Source of the DNA: the human T2T-CHM13v2.0 reference genome, Homo sapiens
DNA length: 64,000 nt
Reading direction: 5' to 3' (one strand)
Assembly (NCBI RefSeq): GCF_009914755.1
Contig: NC_060931.1
Numbering within the stretch: the first letter of the stretch is position 1; every line of letters starts with the position of its first letter. Positions 47,066 through 62,549 of the stretch are shown here, in pieces. A program made the position numbers and the translations under genes. The notes beneath the pieces were generated by a model that saw only the letters and a program-made list of their open reading frames with translations, had not been told where the DNA came from and did not search any database.

Positions 47066-47208
47066 CCGTGGTTCTCTGCCCGACCACATGAGCATCACCT
47101 GGGACCTTGTTAGGATCTCAGAATCCCAGACTCCAATCCTGACCGCAAGAATCAGGATCTTTAAGATTTTCAAGAGATTCCTATGCACACAAAGGTTTGA
47201 GAAACACT
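47066..47208. mobile_element. MER5-family hAT MITE
   Basis: ccgtggttctc...atcacctgggaccttgtta...gattcctatgcacacaaaggtttgagaaacact. Confidence 0.7.
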
Positions 47209-48687
47209 ACTTTTGAGTGCCAAGGATTCGGTTTATACAGAACAGCAGTTATTCTGATACACACGGCACTGTTCATTGCGCTTGGTACCACCAGAACATA
47301 TTTCCATGTGGATTTCTGGAGTCATGGTGCTATGACTATGGTTTTCATTTCAGGTTTTACAAGACCAAATATGGTTTTAAAGGTAACACAAAGACATTTT
47401 ATTTTAAAATGCCTATTTTAACTTTAAGCACTGTAGATAAAAAGCCTTCAACGTGCGTTGATGATTACCAAGGCATACAGTTATGCTGTCAGGCTAACAT
47501 TTTTTAGATTTGAAATAAAAGTTCTTCCACTATCCCTGCTTAATTAAACAATGTCCATAAACTACCAAGTAAGCTACTACAAACAAACAAATCTGGTACC
47601 ATTTGCAGCTTCTTCTATTTGTGATTCCCAAAATTCCCAATGCTTTGCAATTAAAATCAAGTTCAGAAATAAAAGAGATGCTATGGGTAAAATAAAAGTG
47701 CAACTGTCATCCACAGCCCTGGATTGAATTGAAACATCCATCTAACCAGCCACTCTGTCCATGTTGATTTATTTTGCTTTAAGTAATTGCAGCCCATTTG
47801 ACCTTCCAAAATATAGCTTTCATTTGTCTTATGTATTGGAGTCTAAATGAATTTTATTTGAATAAAATGCATTTGATTCTAAAGCATTTTGAAAGCTGGA
47901 ACTAAGTATGAGTTCGATGGAGAAGGCAGGGCTGTCTGGAGCCCGAGTTAATTGGATGCATCACTTCTTCTGGAGTCACTTGATCACAACAAATTGACAC
48001 CTGCCAACTTCTCCCCTGTACCTTCCTGATCCCGGTCAAGTCATTCTCAAGTAGAAGCAGTCGAGTCATTTTTATTCATTTTTGATGTGAACCAAACTTT
48101 CAAGCTAGGACTTGCCATGAAACAAATTACACATTCCTTGTGGCTACTAAAAAAATTAGTTTATTAGCGCAAGAGTCTGGATTTGAGAATAAAATCATAG
48201 ATACAAATAATCTATATTTCTCACAGTAAAAGAGATATTTCTTCTGAAATTACTTGTTTCTTGGTGGTGTAACATTCTAGCATTGCATTCATCCATTCTT
48301 TCAGTCAATGTGTCAATAGGCAGTTACTGAGCATGCACCTAGTTATGTAAAGAATTATAAGATAAAAACCCCTAATTGTAGGAATCTCAGTTCAGAAGAG
48401 ACAGGTGCTCAACAAACCATTGCTAAGCAATGTAATAATGGTGTATTGGACATAGGTTACTAGTTCTGTGGAAATACAGAAGAAATAATAGGAAAGGGGT
48501 AGCTAGGTTAATTAGTATTTTGTTTTGCTTGGTAACTGGTCCTAACTTTTAAAATATATATATATGGCGATAGGGTTTGCAATTATATTTGAACAAGTTG
48601 GTTAGGAAATAAAACATTTTCCACCATTAAGAATTAGAATACCTATAATCATCACAGGGAGAATGTCAATTTTCAAAATAAGAATCA

Positions 48688-49320
<633 letters not shown>

Positions 49321-49406
49321 AAGAATTATAAGAAAGAAAAATATTAAAATTGTATCTAAATAAAAAATACTTTTAAAGAAATCCTTAATACTGAATTTTT
49401 GAAGTA

Positions 49407-49663
49407 CAGTTGGACCTCTGTATTTGTGAATCCATCAGTGGATCCAACCAATGGCAAATAGAAAAAAATTAAAAATAACAATACGATGATAAATCTAAGT
49501 AATCTAGAGATGATTTAAATTATGTGGGAGGCTGTGCATAGGTTATATGCAAATACTACACCATTTTATAACAGGGACTTGAAAATGCGTGGATTTGGGT
49601 ATCTATGGGGTGGGTGGGGGTTGGTGTGGAACAATCCCCTCACAGATAGAGAGGGATGACTTG
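49407..49663. mobile_element. Tigger3/MER2-type TcMar deletion derivative
   Basis: TA|cagttggacctctgtat...aagtaatctagagatgatttaa...gcataggttatatgcaaatactacaccattttata...gagggatgacttg|TA. Confidence 0.82.
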
Positions 49664-51459
49664 TATTCATTAATCTCACTTGATGGATATATCCTTTTTG
49701 CATGCGTGTAAGAACACAGTAATCTTTTCTATCATCGAGATGATTTTCTACTCTGCCCATTATTTACACCACATTTAGATTCCAGCCTGGTTTTCCTCTG
49801 CTACTTAGTACCCTTCTGCACTACTTCCCCCGAATTAATTGATATAATGAGCTGATGTAAATTACTTTCAATATTAGGCTGAGCTAATATTAACCCGCAA
49901 TAATTTAGAAAGTAAATATACCATACAACACCATATACGTACTGAATTCCAAAATTAAGTATCAAGGATGTTTTAGTTTCATGTAATTTTGAAGTGTCTA
50001 GCCCATTGCTTCCTTCCATCATATGGAGAACCACCTGCTCTGGATGTAAACACCTTCTGCTGTGTGTGTTCCCACGCCTCAGGGCCTGTACAGAATAGTG
50101 GCTATAGGAAAGGACCCTCACAACCCTGCACCTCCCACTGCTTTCACTCTTCCACCTCCTTATCAGTGCTTTTCTCGCCTATTCTGCTAGGAATGATTTT
50201 CAACATTTTAATCATAAACATACAACTCTTCTTTTCAGGCCCGGGTGAAATGTTCTGAACTTTATGAAGCCCTTTGTTTATCATCCACTTGTAACTCCTC
50301 TAGTATCCAAATTTCTATAGCATTTCGTGTATCTTTTATGACTCATCAAATTCTTCTGGGTTTGCATTTTTCATGAATCAGATCCCCACCCCACCTCCAC
50401 TCAAATTTGGAGATGAAACATCTTTGTAGCCTTGATAACACTGAGCCCAAATTTTATAAAAAAGTAAGTGTCTATTAAATTTAGGGTGAATTTTCCATCC
50501 CTCATGATAATTCAACAAGATGCTTTTGTTTATATTGTATTTTTCCCCAATGTTCTTCCTCTCATTTTCTTCTCTTGTAGTCCTGTCCATTCATTGAGTC
50601 TCAACCTAAAAGCTTTTAATTGTGCCCAAAATGTACATGATTCCTCATGTGAAATCCCGTAGTACTTTATTTGTCCCTGAATTATGCTGTTTTTCATTTC
50701 TTCCTTGCACTGTAGTTTTCATACATACTGTATCTACTTCTATATGAACTATGAGCTCTTCTGCAAGGCTGTGAATACAGTCGTAGTCATCTTCTATTTT
50801 CCGTAGTGCTGTGCATATAGCAGGTGCTCAATCAATGTTTGTTTCAGGAGTAAAAGTTTGTAAAAAGTTGTGGAAGAACAGCAAGCTACTCAGAGCCAGG
50901 GGCTCCATGCCAAACTGAGCCAAGCCCAGCTACAGGTGGTTTTAGGCATGGCTAGTGGTAAATTGAGAACAGGAGTTGGAGAATGCTATTTCTGAGGCCA
51001 GCTCTATCAGATTTTGTAGCAGGGAGCTGCTAGGGCATTATGATAAAGGGGTGGCTCTTTATCTGTCCTTTGCCAGTGACCCATGATTATAGATTCTGCT
51101 ATTTTAATCTGGGAAAGTTTTCCTGTTTTTGAGAGTTCCCTACTAAAGTCTAGATGTCCTTTGTGAATACTGGTACATCACAATGAATACCTTTGTTATC
51201 TGTGAGCATCTTCAGCAGGATTATAACAAAAATCAGGTTGTGGGGTAGATGGAGAGAGGAATTGATGGGAGGGATGAGTGGATGGAACCAGGAGAAAGGG
51301 TTTGTGCCATTGAAACAGGGGTGTTTCAGGACAAATTTCAGCCTCACAATTTCTGAGGTACAGTAAAGCTGTGCCCTGGAGGCTGTGTTTCAGAAATCTA
51401 AAGCTTCCGTTTATTGGCCCACTATTTCCTGCCTATTAGTTGTCTGTTAATACTTCATG

Positions 51460-51620
51460 AACATTATCCCCAAACCTTAAAATTATTTGTAAGATAGAAT
51501 TATCCTGTTTTTCAGAGGTGAAAACTAAGGTTCAGAAAGGTTCAGTTAAGTAGCTACAATTAGTCATCTTAATAAAAAGATATAGATTTGAACACAAAAC
51601 CTGTATCTTTCCTTCTGTAT
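51460..51620 (-). mobile_element. MIR fragment
   Basis: tcctgtttttcagaggtgaaaactaaggttcagaaaggtt. Confidence 0.6.
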
Positions 51621-52098
51621 TATGCTTGCTGCCTCTTTCAGCAGGCTGCTTTAGTTATCCAGTGGGAAATAGGTGTTTGGGAGACTTAGAAATCTTTTCT
51701 TTCTAAGTTAGTATATTTTCATTGCTGTTATCATGACGTTATTTCAAAAACTCAAATTGCTATGAAAAACTTGGTGATACCCCTCTTTACGTCAGTTTTT
51801 GGCTTGACAAAGAATAGAATAAAACAAGAAATAAGACAGCTTATCTTCGATCTTTCACCAGGAGGGAACTTAGCTGCTGTCTTTGTTTTGGGGTAAAAGA
51901 AAAATAAAATGAATCTGTGATATTCAAGTAAATCCCTCAGTTGTTTGTTAGTGTCTACTGTTTACTCAAAAATGGGAAGCTCCAGGTCGGTGATACATCA
52001 TCTTTGTTGCGCTTGGCACCTTCTTTCATGAATCATATTAATCTGCTTAAACTAACAAGGATTAATTGCCTTGGTAAGGCAACCTGGCATTGAAATGA

Positions 52099-52314
<216 letters not shown>

Positions 52315-53134
52315 TAATCTTGTAATTGCATGAGAATCTCAAGTCTTGAGCTGTGCTTTGAAGCTCAGCAACCTGAATAATCCACATAATACATCACTCG
52401 AATCTGAAAAACCAAGATTCCAATTGTCATTTCTCCAAAAAAAAAATAAAATACACTATTCTACTTGTTAAAATATGTTCTCTGGTGGCAAAGGACTCAA
52501 AAAGAAGGACCAGCATTTCCTCTGTTCCATAAACACATAGTTGAGATTGGAAGGCCAAACTTGGATTCGCCTCTCTGTGTCTAACCCACATCTGTTGGGT
52601 CGATTGTTTGGGAAATCGTGTTAGTGTGATGTCTCTGACTGGACCCTCATTTATTAATTAATCAGAGAGGGAGACACAGGGTAATTGGAACATTTAGTTT
52701 CTGGATGATGGCTGCCTCATGCTTTAGCCCAACTATTTGACTACCTTTTTTTAGATCAAAGAAATGAGTCCGAAATGGAATATCTAAAAGCCAATAGATA
52801 AAATACATAAGAAGGTAATAAAATGAAGACATAAGAGGGTAAAAATATTTTAAAATGGCAAAAATAAAAAGTAACATGCAAAAATGACTAGGAAAACACA
52901 TATGTGCCTTGGTTTATATAAATAGCTTTATTCCAAAAGGTTAAATAAAAAATAAATTTCTGTACTTAAAAAATTTAATGCTAACTCTTATAATTATAAT
53001 ATTAATTTTCCAATAATGCATCGCCATTTGCAGAACGCTTTTGAAAACAAAGCACTTTTGAAAACATATTTGGCATGAATCACATAATTACAAGAAGAGA
53101 GTCAACTGTTGGTTAGTGTGTGCATACGTATGTG

Positions 53135-53136
<2 letters not shown>

Positions 53137-53175
<39 letters not shown>
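53137..53175. repeat. (TG)19 microsatellite
   Basis: Pure dinucleotide run. Confidence 0.97.
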
Positions 53176-53177
<2 letters not shown>

Positions 53178-55049
53178 GGAAGGAAGAGCAAGAGAAAAAG
53201 AGAGATTCAACCTTCTCTCAATATGCCCAAACACTGAAACTCTAATATCTAAATCCTCCGATTATACAAACAGATTTCACTTTACTTTTAGGAAATGGTG
53301 ACAAGCAAACTATCTCAGAGTAGAGCCCTGTGTACAGTAAAAATGTCATACAGCTCTCTAAGCCTTTCCATTGTGTTATTTGTAGTAATGTGCAAGAAGA
53401 AATCGTGTTTTGAATATATTGTAAAATGTTGACTTACAAAGTTGCACACATTTATTTGTTTAGGTAGATATTCAAAAACAAGAGGCAAAGGAAATCTTGA
53501 CAAAACTAACAATAGAAAGATGTCAAGAAGGTCAAAATTGATACTAGATTCATTATCTGTGTTTACATATATGAAAGTATTTTAATGAATAAAGAACAAA
53601 AATGATTGATACTGAAATTAATTCAAAGAGTTATAACTAAAATTGTTCCTTACCAATCACATCAAAATATTAACCTCCAGTATGTGACATTTATTAAATA
53701 TAACGTGATGCTAGAATTACATTGATGAAACTCGGTGCCTTCACTCCACTAGCATAATTTTTATCGTGTGTTATAAATACCATATTTAATTACACGGGAT
53801 CTTGTTCCTGAAATACGATAATGCTAACCAATGGTCAAGAGCAAGAAATCGGTGGTGGTTGCAAGGATTTTCTATCTCAGTGATGGCTTTTATATTGAAC
53901 TGAAAAGCAACTTATTCTTTTTTTATAACTGTTTCCATCCTTAAAATACACAGCAAAAAGGCAAAAAAAAAAATTAAAATGTATGCTACTGGTTGAGTAG
54001 CTGAGGTTTGTTTTGTTTTTTAAGGGTAATGACTCCAAGGATTAGAAATGTCCTAAGTGTGTTTAGGTTTGGTGCTAGTGGCCAGCTCCAAAGGTAAAAG
54101 ACAAAAATTGTCTTTTGTTCTGCTGCTCCTTCCTACTTGTTCCTTGCTCCATTTTGTTGGATCTTTAAAAGCAGAATCATTCTTTTTAATAATAAAAGCC
54201 TGATCTTTTGTTGTCTTCTCCAAATGAAGCCAAAATTTTGAATATCCAACGTGTGCATAAATAGAGGTGAAAAGACCATACTACATAATTCAAGAGAGGG
54301 TTGGCTGGTGACCTTTTTCTTTCGAAAAATATACATTGTAGCTTATTGAAGGCCATTTGCCTCCTAATAACCTGAAAGACTTGATACAGTCTTACTTATC
54401 CAAATGGATTAGTTAAAAATTTCACACAGCACAAATGTAAGAAGATACAATGTATGCCATTCAGTTTGACACAGAATGAACAATTTTACATTTTTGCGAA
54501 ATCAGTGACCACATTCAAAGCAAGAAGAACGAAGTGCGAAGGCCCCAGTTTCTGATGTGTCTGACGCTAGCTATAAAACCATCAGGCCGTGTGCCTTTGT
54601 GGTCAATCATTTGACTTTTCTTGCACTTTGTTCGACTGAAGTCTCTTGGTATTCTACAAGCCAGTGAGCTGAGATTTGCAGTTGCTTATTGTGTATTCTG
54701 TGGGTTTGAACTGTGTAAGTAACATAAAATATTTTGCTTCATTATTTCCTGCAGAAGACCAAGCATTCATCTTGAAAAGAAATCATGCTAATTATTTTAA
54801 ATAGTATTTTTTTTTTTAAAAAGCAGCTAACTAAGAGCTAAAGTTTAATATAATAGAACATTTGTTAGAGTTTCAAACATTACAGGCTACAATATTTTAG
54901 CACACCTTCTACACTAGCCCGGGCTTGGTCAGGATGAGACAGCAGTGCTATGAGTGACCTGTGATCATCCAGGCTAGAAGCTCTAGTTCAAGATGGAACA
55001 GAGAGGCCTTTTTGCTTGGTCACTCTGCCTTGTGTTGACTTTGACTTTA

Positions 55050-55225
55050 CCATTTTCTTACTTGTACCCTAGGCCATTTAAATTATTTGAGCTTCAGTTT
55101 TCTCCTGTAGGAATAGATAATTAACAGTGCTCACCTCTTCAAGCCATTGTGAGATTAAATGAAATGATGTACGGAAGATGCTGAGAAAAACTTTGGCTTA
55201 TGTGGTACTCAATAAATTTTTGTCA
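55050..55225 (+). mobile_element. MIR
   Basis: gagcttcagttttctcctgtag...ttgtgagattaaatgaaatgatg...gtactcaataaat. Confidence 0.7.
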
Positions 55226-55840
55226 TTTCATCACTTTCAGAGCAATTGTCCTTTTCCTTTGAACTTCTATACCAATAATTGCCCAAATCACACAATGTGT
55301 CTCTTAATTTAATGTCACCATACATTGTTTGCTATCACTTTTATGGCAGATTTGGACTGCAGTGAATGACTGGTTTCCATAGTATTTTTCTCCAGAAGAA
55401 TTGAAGAGTATGCCTCCTAAACCTATGTCTCCTGTTTTCATTTGTTAGTTTGTGTGTACATGGGGACTTTGTTTTTACGTAAATTATATGTAGGGCTTAG
55501 AGGACTGTCATTTGTGAACTGCTCCCCTGAGGAGCCAGGATGTCTCCCTTTGGGATGAGTAGACAACTCAATCCCACAGACAAAGCCAAAGATCACAGAA
55601 GATAGTCAGATCACAGGAAAGGGAAAGCCAGTTTTTGTCGTTTAAAAACAAAAGAGGCAAGTTTGTTACAAAATGCAAATACATTAAATTGTTGAAGTTT
55701 TAAACTTGAAAAAATTTTCTCATACAGGCATTCCACTCTCCATAAATCCTTTAAGATCTGAATAGTAGCATATCTGAACACCAAACCATGACAAAGGGAC
55801 TAAAATGATCATGTTGAACAGTTTGTGTTTATTGTATTGA

Positions 55841-56174
<334 letters not shown>

Positions 56175-56978
56175 AAACATTCTTATATATACTACTAGTT
56201 CCTTGTGTGGAACTGCTCTAAAAATTCCTTAGAATATCCTCAATAATATGAAAACTTTTGGCTAATTTAATGAATGCAAGAGGTTAAAGGATAGTATTTT
56301 AGTGTTCGACAAAAATAAGCAATGTTAGCCTTGGAAATTTATTAAATGTCAGATGTGCATTCTGACAGAAAATATTTTTGCAGATCTTTTTATTAAAGGA
56401 GAGATTTTCATGTTGCCCAAATATATAGACGTAATGTTTCCAGGGGAAACAGGAGGAATAAACTAGATGACCTATATAATTCTCTTTTAATTTTAAAATC
56501 ACGAGATTTAAAAATTCTGAAATACTAGTAAGGAACAGGTCCTGACATTGCCAAATAAAGCAAAAGTAAAATTTTTTCTAGCCAATGTTAGAGAAAAATT
56601 TAAATGTAAACGGTAACAATTGTACATTCCGTATGCTGGAGCATTTCCTCTGGGTTCATAAATGTGTAAACTGTAAATTGTGTTGCACCTTATTACAGCA
56701 CACGTGAGAGGCGCAGTGGATTTCAACAGCCCATACCATGTTGTTGATAATCCATTTCACCTATAATTGATATAATTCAAAGAATAATTTTCAAAATAAA
56801 TTGAATTCTATTTGCTGTAGTCATACTAACATAGAGCATAAAGACCTAGATTTATTGGCACGAAGAAACTTGGTGTCTCTGTCCATTTGGAGTTTCTACA
56901 ACTTAGGCATCAATGATAACTTGGAGTTTGAGCATTGCTACAAAAACAAGCAGCATTGGGTAGAATTGCGTTGGATAT

Positions 56979-57359
56979 GGTATTAGTCTGTTCTCACACT
57001 GCTATAAAGTAATACCAGAGACTGGATAATTTAGAAAGAAAAGGGGTTTGACTCACAGTTCCATGTAGCCGGGGAGGCCTCAGGAAACTTACCATCATGG
57101 TGGAAGGCGAAGGGGAAGCAAGGCCCTTCTTGACATGGTGGCAGGAGAGAGAATTGCAAGCGAAGGGGGAAGAACCCCTTATAAAACCATCATCTCGTGA
57201 GAACTCACCCGCTGTCATGAGAATAGCATGGAGGAACTTCGCCCATGATCCAATCACCTCCCTCCCTTGGCATGTGGGAATTACAGGTCCCTCCCTCAAC
57301 ACGTGGGGATTACAGTTCAAGGTGAGATTTGGATGGGGACACAGAGCCAAACCATAGCA
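56979..57359 (-). mobile_element. MaLR solo LTR (THE1D/MSTA-like)
   Basis: gtattagtctgttctcacactgctataaag...ggggacacagagccaaaccatagca; near-TSD gatat/ggtat. Confidence 0.92.
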
Positions 57360-57439
57360 GGTATCTAAAATAAAATTTAGATATTTAGCCTTAGGGAATT
57401 GGAATCCATCCTTTGGGGCAAGTTCACCTGGCTTGCCAG

Positions 57440-57900
57440 GTCCTACGTAATATGGCCATGTCTTTAACCTGATTTCCTCCCCTACATCTCCTCCCATTCT
57501 CCCCTTCAATGCACTGGCCTCCTTTCAGTTTTTGATGCATGCCCTGCACTCTCATACCCTTGCCCCTCCTATACCACGACCCCCCACCACAGGACATTTG
57601 CACATCTACCTCTCTGCTTTGTCTAGTACATTTCTACTCCTCCCTCAGATTTCAGCTCAGCAGTCATCTCAGAAAAGCTTTCCATGGCCCTGTAGTTAGA
57701 TCAAATCCTCTTATTCTAAAACACACATCTCTTTTAGCACTAGCAATGGTTATGATTTTGCACTTATTATTCATAATGATTTAATAATATCTTTCTCCTC
57801 CACTGGTCTCTGCATCTCTGGCAGGAGGTGGTGCCACATTTCATCCACCAGTTTAAATCTGAGGCTCGCCCAGCACAGACTATGCACGCAGTGAATATGC
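57440..57900 (+). mobile_element. L2 fragment
   Basis: cactggcctcctttcagtt...ctcagatttcagctcagcagtcatctc...gcccagcacag. Confidence 0.6.
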
Positions 57901-58315
57901 ACTGCCTCCAAGCATTCTTGAATGTCAAAGAGTATCCAGAGCAACAGTGTTTTCTTTAAATTTTATTCAATGCCCTCTTTACAGTAAATTTATGAAGATA
58001 GTGAAGCTATAAGGAGAGAGTACACTTACAGGGCAAAAAGAAAAATAGAATCAAGTCCAATAACAAAATATGGGTAAATGGAAGGCAGGGTACTAAAAAT
58101 AATACCAAAAACTACCACAAGACATTAAACATTATTCTAAGAAATTATATGGAGGAATTTAGGATATTAGCAAAAAAAATCTACATATTTCAAATTATCT
58201 TTAAGGAAAATATTGTGCCATGTTAAGATGCCCCATTCATTACTGAAATTTGTGAGAACTATGACATTATAGTAACAATAGCAAAGGAAGTTGCAACAAA
58301 GATAATATCTTAGAT

Positions 58316-58620
58316 CAGCACTCTCCAACGTTTTTGGCACCAGGGGCCAGGTCCATAGGAGACAGTTTTTCTACAGACCAGGGTGGGGGAAGTGGGTAAG
58401 GGGATGGTTCCAGATGAAACTGTTCCACCTCAGATCACCAGGCATTAGTTGAATTCTCATAAGGAGTGCACAACCTCGATCCCTCACATGCACAGTTCAC
58501 AATAGGTTTCAGGATCCTATGAGAATCTATTGCTGCCGCTGATCTGACAGAAGACGGAGCTCAGGCGGGAATGCCTGCCTCCTGCTGTGAGGCCCAGTTA
58601 CTAACGGGTTGGGGACCCCT
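58316..58620 (-). mobile_element. MER1B (hAT-Charlie)
   Basis: ccaacgtttttggcaccaggg...gatgaaactgttccacctcagatc...ggttggggacccct. Confidence 0.9.
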
Positions 58621-59234
58621 TACATCATAGAGTGTGGTCAATTACTATACTGGCTAACTATAGGAGTTATTCTAAAATAGATACAGATATGTTTAAATAT
58701 TGACTAGTACATGACAAGAAGTTTATTTTAAACTCTATAAAATTTGAATAACATGAACATAAAAATCTTTTGATTTATCATGTAATATTATATGTGTATC
58801 CTTGCTACAGGGAAGTTATGGAGAGGGGAAAACACTCAGGGTTTGAAATTAGATGTCCTGATGTCAAACCATCAGATCCTTAGGCTATGTGGCCAAACTT
58901 ACTTCCCCATCAGTTGGACATGTCTAAGTTCCAGAAAAATGACTGTCTCCATACTTTATAAATTCTCTGTTTCCTCAAACACGCTTGCTGCATTAAGTGT
59001 GGATTTCACTCATACTTATAGAAGGTGAAGTCAGCTTTTCCAGTCCATGCCACAGGTTACTGACAGCAATAAAATAGGAATGATTCAGATTTAATCACTT
59101 TCCTCCCCATCTCTCCGCCCCCGCTCCTCTGTGCTATCTTGGTTTTGTGTTTTTAGACACGTCATTTAATGTCTCTAAACTTAAGTTTCCTTTTGAAAAT
59201 TCAATGAGATATTGTTTATTAAAGTACTTTTTAA

Positions 59235-59264
59235 TGTACCCCAGAACTTAAAGTATAATAAAAA
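59235..59264 (+). mobile_element. Ultra-short L1PA 3'-terminal insertion
   Basis: tgtaccccagaacttaaagtataataaaaa between TSD aaagt(a/g)ctttttaa. Confidence 0.85.
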
Positions 59265-61563
59265 AAAGTGCTTTTTAAATTCAGAAAATGTCCTACTTTT
59301 AAAGAACTTATGCCACTAAGTTTCGAAAAACAGCTAGTCAAATTTTACTTTGAGTGTAAGTCGCATCTACTGATCCGTATACTCTTCATTCGGTACACAG
59401 GCCATATTTTCATATCAGTGATTCTCAATGAAAAGACCATAGGATATCTCAGTATTTCAATAAATGCTCTTTGAAAAGATAAAGGTTTTTATTAGCAAGT
59501 ATAATAGCCACACTAGCTGATTTATATGCATGGAGTACATCTACTCTTTCTAATCGAGATATGGTATTATCTAGTCAGGTTGTGCTTCTGTGTTATCAAG
59601 TGAGCAACTACCAAATTCCTTCAATTTACTTTCCATCCCATTCCCACACCATGATCTGTGTCAGATGCTCAGTGTGTCCCTGTTATTAAGGAGTGACTAT
59701 GGGATCCAACTGCAGGACCACAGGACACTAAGGACCCATAGTGCTACCATCACTTATTCATTCATCAATATATTGAGAGCTGACTCCATTCCATACATGG
59801 AATAGATACTGGAGTGTGAAGTAGAGAGGGCAGGAATACTAGGATGTAGCCCCCTCCAAAAATGTGTATAGTTTCATTAAAAATAAAAGTTCTTATCACC
59901 TTATTTCCACATCTCTGGTTCACCAGGATTGTGATCTAGGAATAAATTCTATGTATTCTTACCTCTTAGAATCTAGCTTGGCATTTTTCACGCTTACAAA
60001 ATATGGATACATGTAGACACATAGGGGAAAAAAATGATTTAATACTTTGTCACAAATTATTTGTTTTAAGCAATTATTTTAACTTTTCAGATTGTATATT
60101 CAGAGGATTTGTTTGCTTTATTTCTGGGTTTGTTTTTCTAACCATATGGACAGGGAGAAATCAGGGTGAGGTGATGCAACTTCAGCATGGTGCTTGGTAG
60201 AGAATATGGTTTTCAATAGAATATATGCAAGTCAAATGTTAATAAGCCCTTGCTCAGCTGTATGTATTCTCTAGAGGAAAAGCTCGCATTCTCACCAGGA
60301 CTAAAGCATTGGGAGCTAAGGGAAATAATGGCAAGTGATGTCACTTCCTGAAATCACTTTTTGCACAAGGAAACAATCATCCCAGCAGCTCCTTTACTCT
60401 CATATTCATCTGGCACCTACACAGAAAATAAGATGGAAAGAGCTGTGACAGTACTACCTGGGTAGAAATGTTGGAAGGGGATTTAAAGGCCATTCTATCT
60501 TTCGGCCACAACCAAATAAATTACACTGGATTAAAATAGTACAGGTCATTTGGAGAAACACAGCCCAAGGACCTCTACATTTCTAAGGCAGACCAAATTT
60601 TGAATTAATCCCTTCTTGCTTCGGAATGATGACCAAGATTAAATATAGAAAGAAAGGATTTAATTTCAATTTTGCAAAGACTCTTTCAATAGTTTCAAAA
60701 ATATGTCTTTCTCTTTGAGTCTTGGCAAAAAAAAAAAAGTTGATCTGCAAATGCATATTGAAAAGCAGTGTGCTGTAAAGACATGCTGTGATCCTATGAA
60801 CTTCTCCGAAGCTATAAAATGCCAGTGCTAGGTCTTGAGGGAACTGGCATTATTCATTAAACTCCCTGTAGTTTGAATCCCAGTGTATGTTTTATCCAAG
60901 GTTCAGAGTGAAGAGAAAAAGGAATAGAAAACACCCATTTTAACACTTTTGTCAGGTTGAATTAAGGAAAAAAATGATATAGGGAAAGAGTCTACTTTAA
61001 TTTGAAGATAAGGAACGGAGCTTCAGGAAGGTTAATATCTGCTCAGAAAACAGGAAAGAGAATTAGAGTAAAAAATAATATGTGTCTCTCCTTTGATACT
61101 TTTTAACTTCTCTGAAACCAAACTGTGTTTGGTTTCCATTTTGACATTAGTTAATAAGTTTCTATGACAAGTCTTTAGCTTTTGAAACTTGGTGTACAGG
61201 ATTATCTTTAAATCACAGTTTCAACTCATTCAACAATATTATGCATCTCTTTTGTATGTGGCACACTATGTGAATACAAAAGCATAGACGAGAGCCATTT
61301 TCCTTATGAAGTAGACAAGGTAGTTTTAAAGGAAAGCAGGATAAGTAATAAAAGCATTAATACATTATAAGAAGGTAACATGTATTTATGTGTCCAACTA
61401 GTATCAAGGCAAGTGTGTATGATATGAGAGAAAAACAATATGAACCAAGATATTTGGGAAGACGTTCAAGCAGGAACGGAACTCTGAGCTAAGTTCCTTT
61501 CAGAGTTCTGTAGAGAAACAGAACTAATTGTTAAATATTCAAAAAATTTTGAATTGATTGTTT

Positions 61564-61628
61564 AACCTTGGTAAACCTTGGTAGCTTGAAGCAGAACTTT
61601 GGTGTAAACCTTGGTAGCTTGAACCAGA
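61564..61628. repeat. Short imperfect tandem duplication, period 33
   Basis: gtaaaccttggtagcttgaa(g/c)caga occurs twice, plus an extra aaccttggta. Confidence 0.85.
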
Positions 61629-62036
61629 CCACAGTGGAAGAATTTATGCTAGGGAAATTGACAAACCCTGTAAAGCAAGATACTTTTAATAGAGCTGGTT
61701 TACTAGCACACCACTGCCCTGTTTCATTATTAATAAAACAAGAATAATAGTATGTGCCTGCCAATATTATTGTGAAGGGTTCAGATGATTTGTAAAATGT
61801 CTAACATGTTGTCTACTATGTAGTCAATTCTCAACAGATGACAGCCATGGTTATAAATGTAATACTGTGAAGAGACTGGTCTTGTTAAAGGAGCAGCAGG
61901 GTGCAGATTTGAATCATGGGTGAAGCTGGCCCAGAAGACAGTGGTTTTTCAGCACCGCTGTAACAAAGCATAACTTCAGATGCTATTCTTCATAAGTCAT
62001 TTTTTTAAATCGTGAAACAACTTATATCCATTAGAA

Positions 62037-62549
62037 CAGGAGTCCCCAATCCCCACAATACCAGTTTGTGGCCTTTTAGGAACTGGGCCACATAGCAGAA
62101 GGTGAGCAGTGGTGGAGTGAAGCTTCACCTCTATTTACAGCCACTCCCCATTGCTCACATTTCCACCTGAGCTCCACTTCCTGTCAGATCACGGGCAGCA
62201 TCAGATTCTCAGAGGAGCACGAATGCTATTGTGAACTGTGCATGCGAGGGATGTAGGTTGCATGTTCCTTATGAGAATCTAATGCCTGATGATCTGCCAC
62301 TGTTTCCCATCACCCCCATATGGGACCACCTAGTTGCAGGAAAACAAGCTCAGGGCTCCCACTGATTTTACATTATGGTGAGTTGTATGATTATTTCATT
62401 ATTCATCACAATGTCATAATAATAGAAATAAATTGCAAAATAAATGTATGTACTTGAATCATCCTGAAACCATCCCCTACCTCCTGATCCATGGAAAAAC
62501 TGTCTTCCATGAAACCAGTCTCTGGTGCCAAAAAGGTTGGAGAATGCTG
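62037..62549 (+). mobile_element. MER1A (hAT-Charlie), full length
   Basis: caggagtccccaa...tggtgccaaaaaggttggagaatgctg; 8-bp TSD cattagaa/ctttagaa. Confidence 0.93.

Noticed and set aside
56994-57509. 171-aa ORF, the longest in the window
   Set aside because: Lies mostly over a THE1/MST LTR, a common spurious translation.
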